The notes: generated by a model from the sequence alone, not told the origin. A DNA stretch of 64,000 bases from Patescibacteria group bacterium (GCA_038065355.1 JBBTRC010000008.1:5406-69405); one strand, 5' to 3'; shown: positions 1 through 10,369, counted from the first letter of the stretch. Numbers and translations are program-made.

Positions 1-370
1 TGTTTTGTCTTCGGTCAAGTGTGCACACTGAACCCAGCCGGAAAGATTTCTGGTGGAGACGTGCGCAAACTGGCCGTCGACCGCACGCACCGAAGCGACA
101 GTCGCAAAGGGGAACGTGCCTATCTGCCCGTCGAAAGCAAAGACCGGCCGGTGGAGAAGCGGGGTTGATTCCGCCACAACATATACCTGCGCGCCGAGTC
201 GAGGAAGAAACTCTTCGTCATTGACGGGAGGTGCTTCGGTTTCTGCTTCAACCTCAATCGTTTTCTCTACCGATTCTCGAAGCCCCGATGCGGCGGGCGC
301 CGGCTGTAGCGCGCCAAAGGCAAATCTGTAGAGATCATAGACTACTGCCAGAAAGGCGCGCCACATACTG

Positions 371-1516
371 TTAGGTGCGTTTAATTTTGAGGAGCAAATC
401 AACAATTGCCCCCAAGGTTATGAAGTAGAGCGCCAATAAAACCAGTGGCCCGACAATGGGAATGACAAAACACACAGCCACCGCGAAGGTGCCGATCATG
501 AGAGAAAGGAGGTTTAACTGTTGTGCGTCCTTTTGGAAAAGGCGCATGATGAATGAACCTGACACCGCCGCCATTCCCACCCCGCTGAGCACAAATAGCG
601 CTAGATAGGAAAATAACAGCACAAAGCCAATCGGGGCACCGAGCACGCTCATAATAAGTATGCCGATGGCAAACGGCATGAGGATTGACGTGAGCATGCC
701 GACAATAAATGGCCGTGGCGTTGAAGCGAGCGCTTTTTGTACCACTAGTTGCAGTTGCCGTTTGGCGACCAAAAACCAGAACGCGCCAGCGAATAGCAGC
801 ATAAGAACCGGTATCAGAAATGATTCAATCGTCAATGATCTATCGACCACTGGCACAACCGGGTCGTTTCTTACTAAGTCACCGCCAATAACGGTATTCT
901 GTGCGCGAGTTATGAGGGTGGGACTTTCGTAAGTGACCGCGCCTTCAATCGCGGCGCGGTCGCCTAGCACGAGGCTGTCGACCGTCACATCAACAGCACC
1001 AGCTACCGGGGCATCAATACGCAGATTGCCAACTTGCCCAAACACATCACCGCCCACGCTACCCAAAATGCGCGCGTCACCGGCAAAGAGTATGACGTCG
1101 CCGCCAACCGAAGCAGTTGATAAAACTTCAACGGTACCTCCGACGATGAGCAGATCTCCAGTGATTGGTTCGGCGATGGTGATCGTGCCGCCAACTACCC
1201 GCGCGTCATCACCGACAGCGCCATGTACATTGACATCCCAGCCGACTACGGTGGCGTCCTTGCCCACTGTTCCGTTCGTTGTCACGATGCCGCCGGCCAC
1301 AATTAAATCTTCCGTCACTTCTCCTGAAAGATTAATTATATTACCGGCACCGTAAAAATCTCCAGCAATCTGTTGATCTTCGGCGACCGTGACTTCTTCC
1401 CCAGTACGCACCACGGTGCGAGCTTCGGCCACCGCAAAGAGGCCAAAGCACACAAGCAATACAAGAACGAGACGGGTAGACAATGAACCTTTGGACGGAA
1501 AAAACATATGATTCAT
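371..1516 (-). CDS. Membrane protein with an N-terminal signal anchor, a long beta-helical repeat region (bactofilin-like polymer-forming repeats, GGDV/VGGDV-type) and a C-terminal polytopic membrane domain
   Basis: 381-aa ORF. N-terminal hydrophobic segment, then a repetitive Gly/Val/Asp-rich repeat pattern (VGGDV, IVGG, VVGG) of the kind seen in bactofilin/DUF342-type beta-helices. The last ~150 aa are strongly hydrophobic with multiple predicted TM helices. Confidence 0.5.
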   Translation of the reverse strand: MNHMFFPSKGSLSTRLVLVLLVCFGLFAVAEARTVVRTGEEVTVAEDQQIAGDFYGAGNIINLSGEVTEDLIVAGGIVTTNGTVGKDATVVGWDVNVHGAVGDDARVVGGTITIAEPITGDLLIVGGTVEVLSTASVGGDVILFAGDARILGSVGGDVFGQVGNLRIDAPVAGAVDVTVDSLVLGDRAAIEGAVTYESPTLITRAQNTVIGGDLVRNDPVVPVVDRSLTIESFLIPVLMLLFAGAFWFLVAKRQLQLVVQKALASTPRPFIVGMLTSILMPFAIGILIMSVLGAPIGFVLLFSYLALFVLSGVGMAAVSGSFIMRLFQKDAQQLNLLSLMIGTFAVAVCFVIPIVGPLVLLALYFITLGAIVDLLLKIKRT

Positions 1517-1617
1517 ACTATTGCTTTTATGAATAACGACCCACTTCCGCGAGTCAACTCGTTTAAATTAGTTAGTTTGGAAAAGCGTGCCCGGCTTTGC
1601 AGACATTCCTGCACAAG

Positions 1618-1649
1618 CCAAAAAAGACCTTGAGCGTGGTCTTTTTTGG
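1618..1649. terminator. Perfect 12-bp stem hairpin (ccaaaaaagacc / ggtcttttttgg, 8-nt loop); bidirectional intrinsic-terminator-like structure
   Basis: Read directly from the sequence: the arms are exact reverse complements and A/T tracts lie on both sides. It sits 3' of minus-strand ORF 1691..2119 and 5' of 371..1516. Confidence 0.5.
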
Positions 1650-1690
1650 AACTCTGTGAATAGTATACGAGTTTTCCGGTCACGAGTAAA

Positions 1691-2119
1691 CTACGCTTTG
1701 GTCAGGCAGGGAGTGAGTGTCACCATTTCAAAAAACGTGGGTGCCGCGCCGTCTACAATAGCGTCAAATCGGGAAGGACCAAGCACTTGCTGGCCGCACA
1801 GGATCATGGAAGGAGTGATGATAAAAGTTTCGATGTCGATCCCCACGCTTCCGAGCGCATTTGCTTGGGCGGGCGTGAGCGGTAGCGTTTTCAGTGGAAT
1901 ACCCTCTTCAACTTCCTTGCTCTCATCTCTAGAGTCTTCCTGTGCGGATGTGCTGGTACTCGTCGTTCCATTTTGTGGAGTGAAGTCAGCTTCAGGATTT
2001 AATGCCGGAAGCGCACTTTTCTCTTGGTACGTATTGACGAGCGCAAAAGCAATTATAATAAAAACGAGTGCGATAAAAAAGAGTATGGCAGAAACCACGG
2101 TGTACCATTTTATTTTCAT
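1691..2119 (-). CDS. Hypothetical membrane-anchored protein (single N-terminal TM, low-complexity Ser/Thr-rich linker)
   Basis: 142-aa ORF with N-terminal TM (VVSAILFFIALVFIIIAFALV) and the terminator hairpin immediately downstream. The overlapping plus-strand ORF 1587..2156 is judged spurious. Confidence 0.4.
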   Translation of the reverse strand: MKIKWYTVVSAILFFIALVFIIIAFALVNTYQEKSALPALNPEADFTPQNGTTSTSTSAQEDSRDESKEVEEGIPLKTLPLTPAQANALGSVGIDIETFIITPSMILCGQQVLGPSRFDAIVDGAAPTFFEMVTLTPCLTKA

Positions 2120-2372
2120 ACCGAGTGGTACTCAACTGGTGTTTGTAGCACACTAATAATCGCCAGAGCAAGGAGCAACAAAAAAAGCCCGGCACAAAAG
2201 AGCGCCAGTCGGGCGCGCGAGAGCTCCATTTCTCCGCTGTGCCAGTTGCGAACATAGAGGAATGAAAATGTGAATTTTAAAAAACTCATATCAGTTTAAT
2301 TGCCTTACCTAGTGATGACCAACTTTCACACTGCCTGGTGCGAACACACAGTCACACAATCTCATCTTGCTA

Positions 2373-3578
2373 TTATAACGCCTTTTTCAAGTTTACCGAA
2401 AGTGTCTTTCGCTCTTTTTTCGATATTACTTCAAGCGCTACTTTGTCACCCACAGATTTTGTCCGCAAGACGGTTGCCAAATCTTTCCCTTCCAATGATT
2501 CTCCGTCGATAGAAAGAATGATGTCGTTTTCGACCAAACCGGCCAAATCAGCCGGCGAGCCCGGTATCACCGCAATGTCTTCAGGATTTTCGCCGCCAAT
2601 GATGAACGCACCGTAGTTCACTTCAAGATTATTCTGCTTGGCCATAGCCTCCGTAATCATGGTATATCTCACACCGATGTATGGTCGCACGATTTCTCCG
2701 TATTCTTTCACCGACTTTACCACTTCTTTCACAACCTGAACGGGTAAGGCAAAGCCAATATTATCGGCACCTTGTGAGGTGGCAACATTGACCCCAACCA
2801 CCTCCCCGGCGACATTGAGAAGCGGGCCGCCAGAGTTGCCGGGATTAATGGCGGCGTCAGTCTGAATCACCTGATTAAGCTGTTCACTATGGCCAGCGTT
2901 GTCACTCGCCACTATCGTACGCGAAAGACCAGAAATCACCCCGACCGACACCGAGTTTTGGAATTCGGCCAGCGCGTTGCCGATCGCAACCACTGTCTGT
3001 CCGAGTCTAAGAGAATTTGAATCGCCAAATTCTACGTACGACAGAGCCGACTGTAACGGTTCGGAAATTTTTAAAATAGCTATATCAAATTGCGGATCGC
3101 GCGCCAATACTTCTACCGCATAGGCAGTTCCATCGGGCAAGACAACTGAATATCGAGCATCGGGGTCATCAACCACGTGACGGTTGGTAACGATCAACCC
3201 GTCGTTACTGACGATAAAGCCGGAACCGCCGCCCACCTCTCGTTCTTCGGTTCCGTTCTCACGCAAACGCGGAATGGTGAAGCCGCCGAAAAATCCACCG
3301 GGGTCAAAGTTTTCGTAATAACGTTCGTAGACCGGTACGTCTTTTGTCACTATGACCGATACGACAGCCGGATTAACTTGCTCGATCATGCCGACAATGT
3401 CCTCATCAACTCGAGAGACCTCTGTTGCACGCGTGGTCGCCGGCAGGTCGAGTTTTCCATCAAGGTAATCAATTATTGCATTGCGAGCGATAAACAAAAC
3501 ACCGCCGATAATCACCAGCGTGATCAAACTGCTAAAAAGGGCGGTTTGTGCAATCAGATTGGCTGACGGCTTTTCCAT
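2373..3578 (-). CDS. htrA: HtrA/DegP-family trypsin-like serine protease with C-terminal PDZ domain
   Basis: N-terminal TM anchor, catalytic His/Asp region, GNSGGPLLN serine motif, and a C-terminal PDZ-like segment (ILSIDGESLEG). Confidence 0.8.
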   Translation of the reverse strand: MEKPSANLIAQTALFSSLITLVIIGGVLFIARNAIIDYLDGKLDLPATTRATEVSRVDEDIVGMIEQVNPAVVSVIVTKDVPVYERYYENFDPGGFFGGFTIPRLRENGTEEREVGGGSGFIVSNDGLIVTNRHVVDDPDARYSVVLPDGTAYAVEVLARDPQFDIAILKISEPLQSALSYVEFGDSNSLRLGQTVVAIGNALAEFQNSVSVGVISGLSRTIVASDNAGHSEQLNQVIQTDAAINPGNSGGPLLNVAGEVVGVNVATSQGADNIGFALPVQVVKEVVKSVKEYGEIVRPYIGVRYTMITEAMAKQNNLEVNYGAFIIGGENPEDIAVIPGSPADLAGLVENDIILSIDGESLEGKDLATVLRTKSVGDKVALEVISKKERKTLSVNLKKAL

Positions 3579-3608
3579 ATGGCTTTGTATTCTATTACTA
3601 CGAGCTCT

Positions 3609-4652
3609 TTAATCAACATCTTTCAAAAAGAGTTGCTTGCCGCGTTCCCACATTTCCGAACGACCTTGGAGGTGGAGCCAGTACCACCACTCGGCTCCCC
3701 ACAAATACTGTGTGTCAAAATGCGTACGTTTTGCGTAGGAAATTATATCCTCAAATTTTTCCAAATTCATCCGAGAAAACTGGGTCTCAAGCGGCACCTC
3801 AGTGAGCGGCTCGATGAGCCATGGCTCAGCAGAAAGTTCTATAAGCACGGCTCTTTTTTCACCATAGATCAGCGCCATGACATTGTCCTTCACACGGTAG
3901 AACCAGGCGGGTAGGATGGTTCGCAGTTGGCCGAGTTCCGGATTCCATAAATGCACGTACACGCTGGTACCAAAGACATCGCCGCGCTTGTACGCACCAG
4001 ACCAAGTTCCCAGATTGCCGCTATCGGTCACGAGAATTTGTCGTGACGGATCAAGTTTTTTTACCAATGCGATTTCCTTATCGAGTTCTGCCACATCAAG
4101 GTCTCCGCACTGTTCGTAAGCAAAGACCGTGAGGAAAGGCTCATTTTCAACTTGCCAGAGCTCAATTGCCGGACTGTCTTTGTAGCGTAAAATAACTGTT
4201 TCAATATATTTATCGAGCGCAGCATTTTGTTCGGCGAGAGGTAGCCGCTGTGCCCACTCTGGCACGTGGCATTCTGGCCAGCGCGGCAAGCGTCGCCCGA
4301 CCGCCAATACTACCTTTGCCTCCACCTCTTCAGCGCGACTGATTTGATAGTCAAGTTCGGAAAAGTTGTACACGCCCGCAACCGGCTCGACCATTGGCCA
4401 ATGAGCCGCCAAGCGTAAATGACGAACACCGAGTTCGTCGAGTATCGCATCATAAGCGGACTGCCAGTTAAGCCCGAGTTCGCGGGCATACGGCGTGTTG
4501 AATGACATGCCGTAGGTAATCGTCTCTGGCTTTTCTTTTTGCGCAAGCAAGAATACGCTCCACACTCCCAACAGCACGAGCGCAAGTAACACCAGTCCGA
4601 TTTTTTTCAGCATGGTAAAAATTTTATCATGTGAACAAAATGACGTAGCCAA
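3609..4652 (-). CDS. Secreted/membrane-anchored TIM-barrel glycoside hydrolase (clan GH-A, GH5-like)
   Basis: N-terminal signal/TM. WQVENEP motif typical of the GH-A acid/base strand (NEP). Trp-rich barrel sequence. Located next to the GH1 gene. Confidence 0.4.
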   Translation of the reverse strand: MATSFCSHDKIFTMLKKIGLVLLALVLLGVWSVFLLAQKEKPETITYGMSFNTPYARELGLNWQSAYDAILDELGVRHLRLAAHWPMVEPVAGVYNFSELDYQISRAEEVEAKVVLAVGRRLPRWPECHVPEWAQRLPLAEQNAALDKYIETVILRYKDSPAIELWQVENEPFLTVFAYEQCGDLDVAELDKEIALVKKLDPSRQILVTDSGNLGTWSGAYKRGDVFGTSVYVHLWNPELGQLRTILPAWFYRVKDNVMALIYGEKRAVLIELSAEPWLIEPLTEVPLETQFSRMNLEKFEDIISYAKRTHFDTQYLWGAEWWYWLHLQGRSEMWERGKQLFLKDVD

Positions 4653-5559
4653 CTACAATGACGACAACGTACAGAAGGCGGCGGAAAAACACGTCTGGTC
4701 TTGTATCGCGATCGGTGGCTGATGCTGGTAACCAGTGCGCAAACACCGCACCGATAATAAGGATGAAAACGAACCGCAGACCGTCAAGCGCCTGAACGAC
4801 GGACACATCTCCCCAGTCGGTGGCCTTAAGGAGCAGAAAGGCGGCGACACCAGCGAGAAGTTTGGTTATAACAACGAGATACCCTGTCTTTCTGGTGGCA
4901 GATTTTGTTTGTGATACGATCCTGTCGTAGTACGCCGGTACCAAAAGCAAAGAGAGAGTGAACAGCACAAAACCAACCCGCGACCAAAAGAAACCGTCGT
5001 CAAAACTGGTTTCAAGAAACAGTCCTTTCATGGTGATGTAGTGCAAACCGAAAAACAAACCGCTATGAAAGACGTGCACCACCACGTCTGCTTTGGGAAG
5101 TGTTTGCGCGACCAAGAGTGTCCCGACAGACAACAGAATGATGCCAAAAATAAAATTATGTGACAGTTGTACGTTCAAAAATAAGTAGCTCATGCCAAAC
5201 GTCGAGAGCGCCGACACGGCGCCGATGATCGGCATCACATTTGATGCGTCCGCGCGTTTGAGCGCGTCATACATAGACACGAGCGCCATAAAAAACGTGT
5301 AAGCGGCCAAAAACGACATGCCAACCACTTGAATGGTCGGGGACTTTACGTTTTCAAATGTCGGCATGCCGAGCTCCGCTAAGCCCGGCACCAATCCCAA
5401 AAAATAAATGATCACCCAGAAACCGGTTAAAAGACATGAATAAAAGGCGTACACAAACGGACGTGGCAAAACCCGATCGTCGGAAACGATGTACTTATCC
5501 AAAATCGCAACGACCGCATTCACAAGCTGCCCAGCGGTCGCCAAGAGTAACCAAGTCAT
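4627..5559 (-). CDS. Polytopic integral membrane protein (about 9-10 TM), function unknown
   Basis: 310-aa strongly hydrophobic ORF whose 26-nt overlap with the downstream gene suggests translational coupling. Confidence 0.5.
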   Translation of the reverse strand: MTWLLLATAGQLVNAVVAILDKYIVSDDRVLPRPFVYAFYSCLLTGFWVIIYFLGLVPGLAELGMPTFENVKSPTIQVVGMSFLAAYTFFMALVSMYDALKRADASNVMPIIGAVSALSTFGMSYLFLNVQLSHNFIFGIILLSVGTLLVAQTLPKADVVVHVFHSGLFFGLHYITMKGLFLETSFDDGFFWSRVGFVLFTLSLLLVPAYYDRIVSQTKSATRKTGYLVVITKLLAGVAAFLLLKATDWGDVSVVQALDGLRFVFILIIGAVFAHWLPASATDRDTRPDVFFRRLLYVVVIVVGYVILFT

Positions 5560-5563
5560 GTCC

Positions 5564-6793
5564 TTATTCTACTACGCTGTTTGATTCACAAATTTCTTTA
5601 TACACGTACGCCGACGGACGGATTTTTCTCTCAAGCGAGCTGTAATCGATTTCAACCAAACCAAATCGCTTTTCAAACCCAAGCGCCCATTCGTAGTTAT
5701 CGAGTAGCGACCAATACATGTGACCGCGCACGTCAGCCCCGTCTTGAATAGCTCGCCAAGTCGCTTCAACTTGCTTTTTTATATACTCTGCTCGATCAGA
5801 ATCATCGTGGTCAGCCAGCCCGCCTTCTGAAACAAACAGCGGTTTCCGATACTTGGCCAACATCATGAGCGCGCCGTAGATTTTTTCGGGAGCAAAATTC
5901 CAGTCCATGTCTGTTTTCTTCCAAACTCGTTTGTCGCCAAACTGTTTATAAAAGTAATAGTTGAGTCCGATTGAGTCACAGTACTTTGACACGCGGCGCA
6001 TGAACACGTGAGTCCAGTAGTAGTTGGCGATGGCCGCCATTAGCTTGTTGACTGGGTTCCAATTGGCGTCAAAGACAATGACATGCTTCACTACGCTTAC
6101 TTCTGTTTGAGGTGATACTAATTTTATTTTGGCAAATGCTCGATTGTGGGCAGATGCCAGATTACTCATGACCCGGCGATAGACGAAATATGACTCGAAC
6201 CCCCTAACTGCCTTTCCGTCATAGGTAGCGCCGGAGTTAGTAATTGACACCAGGTCAGTCAATGAAAAGCGTTTGAATGGCGGCCAATTGCCTCTCAGCC
6301 ACCCATTACTACCAAATACATTTGGTTCGTTCATGGTTGAGAAGTGTTGACATAAATCGCCCAATTGAGAAACCGCATACGCAGCATAGCGAGCGAAAAT
6401 TTCCGGAGAATCTTTTCGCTCAAAGCCGCCAGATTTGGAAAACCAGAGCGGTAGCGTGAAGTGCCAGAGTGTCACAAATGGCACCAGGTTTCGATCTTTG
6501 AGAGCTTGTAGAACTTGCCGATAGTGAGCGATAGCGGATTCATCAAATTTTCCTTCTTCTGGTTCAATTCGCGCCCACTCCAGTGAAAAACGGTGAGCGG
6601 TATGGCCAAGTGACTTGGCAATGTCAAAATCTTCCTCGTAGCGATTATAGTGGTCGCAGGCCACTTTGCACGACGGCACGCGGCCTTCCCGGGCCGCCTC
6701 TGCCCAGTCGGTATTTTCGATACCGCCTTCCACTTGGTACGACGCGGTCGCCGCCCCCCAGTAGAAGCCGTTTGGAAATTTCTTTTCGTTCAT
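5564..6793 (-). CDS. Glycoside hydrolase family 1 beta-glucosidase
   Basis: N-terminal GH1 signature FPNGFYWGAATASYQVEGG, acid/base TMNEP, and a nucleophile region FVSEGG (GH1 I/VTENG-like). Confidence 0.85.
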   Translation of the reverse strand: MNEKKFPNGFYWGAATASYQVEGGIENTDWAEAAREGRVPSCKVACDHYNRYEEDFDIAKSLGHTAHRFSLEWARIEPEEGKFDESAIAHYRQVLQALKDRNLVPFVTLWHFTLPLWFSKSGGFERKDSPEIFARYAAYAVSQLGDLCQHFSTMNEPNVFGSNGWLRGNWPPFKRFSLTDLVSITNSGATYDGKAVRGFESYFVYRRVMSNLASAHNRAFAKIKLVSPQTEVSVVKHVIVFDANWNPVNKLMAAIANYYWTHVFMRRVSKYCDSIGLNYYFYKQFGDKRVWKKTDMDWNFAPEKIYGALMMLAKYRKPLFVSEGGLADHDDSDRAEYIKKQVEATWRAIQDGADVRGHMYWSLLDNYEWALGFEKRFGLVEIDYSSLERKIRPSAYVYKEICESNSVVE

Positions 6794-6840
6794 GCGAATA
6801 GTATAGCAAAAGCCGCGTTTCGACTGACGTCGAAACGCGG

Positions 6841-7344
6841 CTAGAACAGGGGTACACGACGAGATGTTATGCCCGCCTTACCGATCTGCCCACTTCCTTG
6901 GTGCACGAGTTCAATCTGCGCACCATCTTTATCTAGACCAAAGAATTTGACCGGCCCCGGACCAATCGTCACTCGCACTGGGCCAGTGACTGCAACCTTG
7001 CTCACTCCAGCCCGTACGTCGTGCGGTATCCAGCCAACGTGCCAGTCGGCAGTGTAGTTGACTGGTGCTAGTACGACGAATGTTCTCCAGCCACCCCATA
7101 CTGGCATATGAAAACGTGGTAAAAAACCAACCCACCGCACCTTGGCTGTCTCTTCGCCTGAAAAAGAGAGCAAAAGACGATTGTCTAGTATTTGGCACGT
7201 TTCAGCTGACAACTTCTGGTTGTTCCAGCGGTGTGTCCGTTGCGGTGCTTCCTTCCACGTCCCTTGCAAAAGGTACATGAGCGGCACCATACACATGTCC
7301 GCCAGCCATCCAAGCGCACCCTGCTTCTTAAAGACAATTGGCAC
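6841..7344 (-). CDS. Hypothetical protein
   Basis: 167-aa ORF with coding-like composition and no recognisable motifs. Confidence 0.3.
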   Translation of the reverse strand: MPIVFKKQGALGWLADMCMVPLMYLLQGTWKEAPQRTHRWNNQKLSAETCQILDNRLLLSFSGEETAKVRWVGFLPRFHMPVWGGWRTFVVLAPVNYTADWHVGWIPHDVRAGVSKVAVTGPVRVTIGPGPVKFFGLDKDGAQIELVHQGSGQIGKAGITSRRVPLF

Positions 7345-7384
7345 GAGTCACCTCCCTTTCTCGTGGCACTATTTCATAGTTACG

Positions 7385-8110
7385 CTAAAAGTCAATAGTA
7401 TTGAGAAAAGTGGTGGGGGCCAAAAGTGTACGCCATTTCTCGTAGAGCTTGGTCGTCGCTACCACGTCACGTGCGTTGTAGCGGGCGATGTCGCGGAACT
7501 TTTTCTGACGAAAAAGTTCCGCGACATCTTCCCCGCTCACCTCTTGTTTTGGACTTTCTATACCGTACGCACGGCAAAACATATGGAGCGAAGGACGACG
7601 CGCCATTGCACCGTAAAAGGTCAGCTCATCCTGCAAATCTATATGATATGGCATTGTTTGCTGAGTTAAGTACCGACGGCGCAGTAACTCCGCCGTCGGC
7701 CGAAGGCCATACGTCACCGAACGATGAAGTAAAAACGGCACGTCGAATGCCCGACCGTTAAAAGTGACAAACGTGTCATAGCTTTGCGCGCCCTCCCAAA
7801 AGTCGGCCAACAATTCTTCTTCAGTACGAGCTTTGAAGGTAAAGTCTCCTTCGGTAAAGTTTTCATTGGCTTCGTCAACAAAGTAGACCGCACCGAGACT
7901 GCGTTCAAGATCGAACATACCAAGAGCCACAACCGAACCGGTGAGCGGTGAGAACCCCAATTCCGCCTTCAATCTTCCAAGCAAGCTCTCTTTTTCTTCA
8001 TCGGAGTGGCTCGTTTGTTCAATCCACTTAGTCAGGTGGTGCTTGGTCGCCTCGTCAAAAGATTCCCACGGGTCACCGACGGTTTCAATATCAAAAATGA
8101 GCGTTGCCAT
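7385..8110 (-). CDS. Stand-alone DnaQ-like 3'-5' exonuclease (PolB exonuclease-domain-like)
   Basis: Exo I motif FDIETVG at the N-terminus, and a ~240-aa size matching the 'predicted 3'-5' exonuclease related to PolB exonuclease domain' family common in CPR genomes. Confidence 0.6.
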   Translation of the reverse strand: MATLIFDIETVGDPWESFDEATKHHLTKWIEQTSHSDEEKESLLGRLKAELGFSPLTGSVVALGMFDLERSLGAVYFVDEANENFTEGDFTFKARTEEELLADFWEGAQSYDTFVTFNGRAFDVPFLLHRSVTYGLRPTAELLRRRYLTQQTMPYHIDLQDELTFYGAMARRPSLHMFCRAYGIESPKQEVSGEDVAELFRQKKFRDIARYNARDVVATTKLYEKWRTLLAPTTFLNTIDF

Positions 8111-8113
8111 ACT

Positions 8114-8902
8114 TTAAAACGTGACCGGCGGGCTGGAAAAACAATTCAGTACTGTCTCTCTATTGTTGGACAGTTCATATCGGTACTGCCCGCCCGCGAG
8201 GCGGCCGCCGCAAGTGTCGGTCGGTTCCGCACCGATTCCGTAGAGCGGAAAGCCATCAAGGGCGTAGCCAATGTGTACGTCATTGGCAAACACGCGGTAC
8301 AACGTCGCTTCGTTATTTCTAATCAGGGACCCGTCGAGGGCGATTCCAACCACATCCGTCGCCACGCAGGTTGACGCGTCAAGCGGCCCGACTGGCAGAG
8401 GTAATTGCAGTAGCACTTCTCTCGAGGCAGTATTCGTAGCCGATGTTTCACTCTTGAATTCTCGGTACACGAGACGATTGCCTTCAGCTAAAGCGAATGT
8501 TATTCCCGTCGAAGACCATACCCGCTCGGAAGGTGCATACCAGGAACAATTTTGGACACCGCTCGCTAGGGGTCGGTTCGGTTCAGGAACATTCGCTTCT
8601 TCCGGTGGTTTTGAAACTACCGTTGGCGGCCGAGCGGAAATTTTTTCCCGCAATGTCCGCAGACGTTCTTCCTTTGAAAGTTTTGTGTCTTCAATAATTT
8701 CAGCACTGTAGATAGTGTCCGTGCTTTCGGTGGGGGTCAAGGAAGGCGAAAATTGAGTTGGAAAAAGCAATTTTGAGATCGTCGTCACCCCAATCGCTCC
8801 AACCAAAAATGCAATGGCGGTAAATAGTAGGACAAAGTCTCTAGTGCGAAACATGTGTGTATCATAGCAAAAGGGCGGCGGCCCAAGGCCGCCGCCCTCC
8901 AC
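8114..8902 (-). CDS. Membrane-anchored extracytoplasmic hypothetical protein
   Basis: 262 aa. N-terminal TM (LLFTAIAFLVGAIGV), Pro/Ser/Thr linker, and a C-terminal domain with a GYALDGFPLYG motif. Confidence 0.45.
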   Translation of the reverse strand: MEGGGLGPPPFCYDTHMFRTRDFVLLFTAIAFLVGAIGVTTISKLLFPTQFSPSLTPTESTDTIYSAEIIEDTKLSKEERLRTLREKISARPPTVVSKPPEEANVPEPNRPLASGVQNCSWYAPSERVWSSTGITFALAEGNRLVYREFKSETSATNTASREVLLQLPLPVGPLDASTCVATDVVGIALDGSLIRNNEATLYRVFANDVHIGYALDGFPLYGIGAEPTDTCGGRLAGGQYRYELSNNRETVLNCFSSPPVTF

Positions 8903-8909
8903 ACCCGAC

Positions 8910-10238
8910 CTACTTCGCGCGCGCTCGAGTACGAGTACGGCGAAATCGTCGCGGAGCTACTTTCACCTCCACCAATTTTTCCACCCGCCTAATATCCGCG
9001 AGCAACTTTCCACGGTCAGCGTTGTATAAATAGAGATCAAAGATAGACCGACCGCCATTACGGGCAAAAATCGCCCGGTCGCCAACTTTTTTCTTGACAT
9101 CAATTTTATGAAACGATTCAAGCTGTTCGATCTTTTTAACCCCTTTCATTTCCTCAATGACACCTTCCTTGGCTGCAAACCACTTCAACGTGCACGCATA
9201 ACCCTTGCACTTCTTCGGGATGATGGGTTTTTTGGGAATCCTAATAAGCACGTCATTCAGTGTGTGGTTGATGTCACAACTAAGACTATGGAGCACGTGG
9301 CGAAATCCGCCCATGCGCGCTCCTACCTCAACCACTTTCCATTCGTCGTCAACTTTCATGAGCTCGGTGTGGGCGAGCGTACTGCGTAGCCCGAGGGCGC
9401 GAATGGCCGCTTCTCCCACCTCCTCAGCTTTTTTTATGGTGGCGGCTTTCAAACCAGTCGGTGTGATCTGCAAGTAGTTATAGAAATCATCATGTCCAAG
9501 TTTTTTGGCGGTCACTTGTTTGACGAGCGGGCAATGATAGATCCTACCCCGCGAATCAACGTAGGAATCAATTGAGTACAGATCGCCATCCATGTATTCT
9601 TCGGCGATTACTTTTGGCTCCTCCAACCGATGATCGTTTTGGTAGGCTTTTCTGATTCGTCGAAACATTGTGCGCAGTTGTTTTTCGAGCTCCTCCTCGT
9701 GGTAGCAGATACTCACAAATAAACTACCAGCCAAGTTGGTCGGCTTAATAATCATCGGGAAACCAATTTTATCCGCTACTCGACGACGTTCGGCCTTGGA
9801 GTTTTCTTTTACCAAAGTGAATTTTGGCGTAATCTTAGGGTCGTAGAGCTTAAATCGTTTCCGCATTTCATATTTGTCACTGGCCCACTTGAGCGACTCG
9901 GTTGTGGGGGTGCGCAGATATGGTACGTGCGGCAACACCTCGACAAATCGCGCCATGCTTTGTTCAGACCGGCAGGTAATGGCGAGTAGTTCGCTTTGGT
10001 AGGGTAGCAACGCCTCAGCGATTTTTTGTGGTTTTGAAAAATCACACGCCACATACAGATCAAGATCCGACGTATCACGCAGATTTTTGTCATCTTTCAC
10101 GCGACTGTCGCGTAACAGCATTATTCGGAGAGGTCGGCCAAGCTCTTTTTCGTAGGCACGCAAAGCTTCAACCGCTCCCGGCGGAAGCGTCATGACGTAC
10201 ACGATAATATTTCTGCTTAATCTACTCGGCTGACTCAT
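8910..10238 (-). CDS. ATP-grasp domain protein
   Basis: 442 aa. Central region with ATP-grasp fold hallmarks (IKPTNLAGS, EEYMDGDLYSIDSYV, VVEVGARMGG). Confidence 0.55.
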   Translation of the reverse strand: MSQPSRLSRNIIVYVMTLPPGAVEALRAYEKELGRPLRIMLLRDSRVKDDKNLRDTSDLDLYVACDFSKPQKIAEALLPYQSELLAITCRSEQSMARFVEVLPHVPYLRTPTTESLKWASDKYEMRKRFKLYDPKITPKFTLVKENSKAERRRVADKIGFPMIIKPTNLAGSLFVSICYHEEELEKQLRTMFRRIRKAYQNDHRLEEPKVIAEEYMDGDLYSIDSYVDSRGRIYHCPLVKQVTAKKLGHDDFYNYLQITPTGLKAATIKKAEEVGEAAIRALGLRSTLAHTELMKVDDEWKVVEVGARMGGFRHVLHSLSCDINHTLNDVLIRIPKKPIIPKKCKGYACTLKWFAAKEGVIEEMKGVKKIEQLESFHKIDVKKKVGDRAIFARNGGRSIFDLYLYNADRGKLLADIRRVEKLVEVKVAPRRFRRTRTRARAK

Positions 10239-10369
10239 GTATCAAATAAAAAAGCAGTTCTTTCGATACTGCATAATCTGCCTTGTTCTACGCCACAAGC
10301 ATACATCAGATTTTTAAAATCCTACATCAAAACACACATATTGTCAAAATCAACTCGCGACAATCGGCC

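Noticed and set aside
660-1355. Two plus-strand ORFs (660..932, 933..1355) inside the 371..1516 gene
   Set aside because: Pro/Ser/Thr/Ala-rich antisense translations of a GC-rich repeat-encoding gene. There is no start context and they are fully nested in a strongly supported minus-strand CDS.
1587-2156. 189-aa plus-strand ORF overlapping the minus-strand ORF 1691..2119
   Set aside because: It contains the perfect 12-bp terminator hairpin (1618..1649) inside its 5' end and has low-complexity composition. The antisense ORF has a credible TM anchor and the terminator directly downstream, so the minus-strand ORF is preferred.
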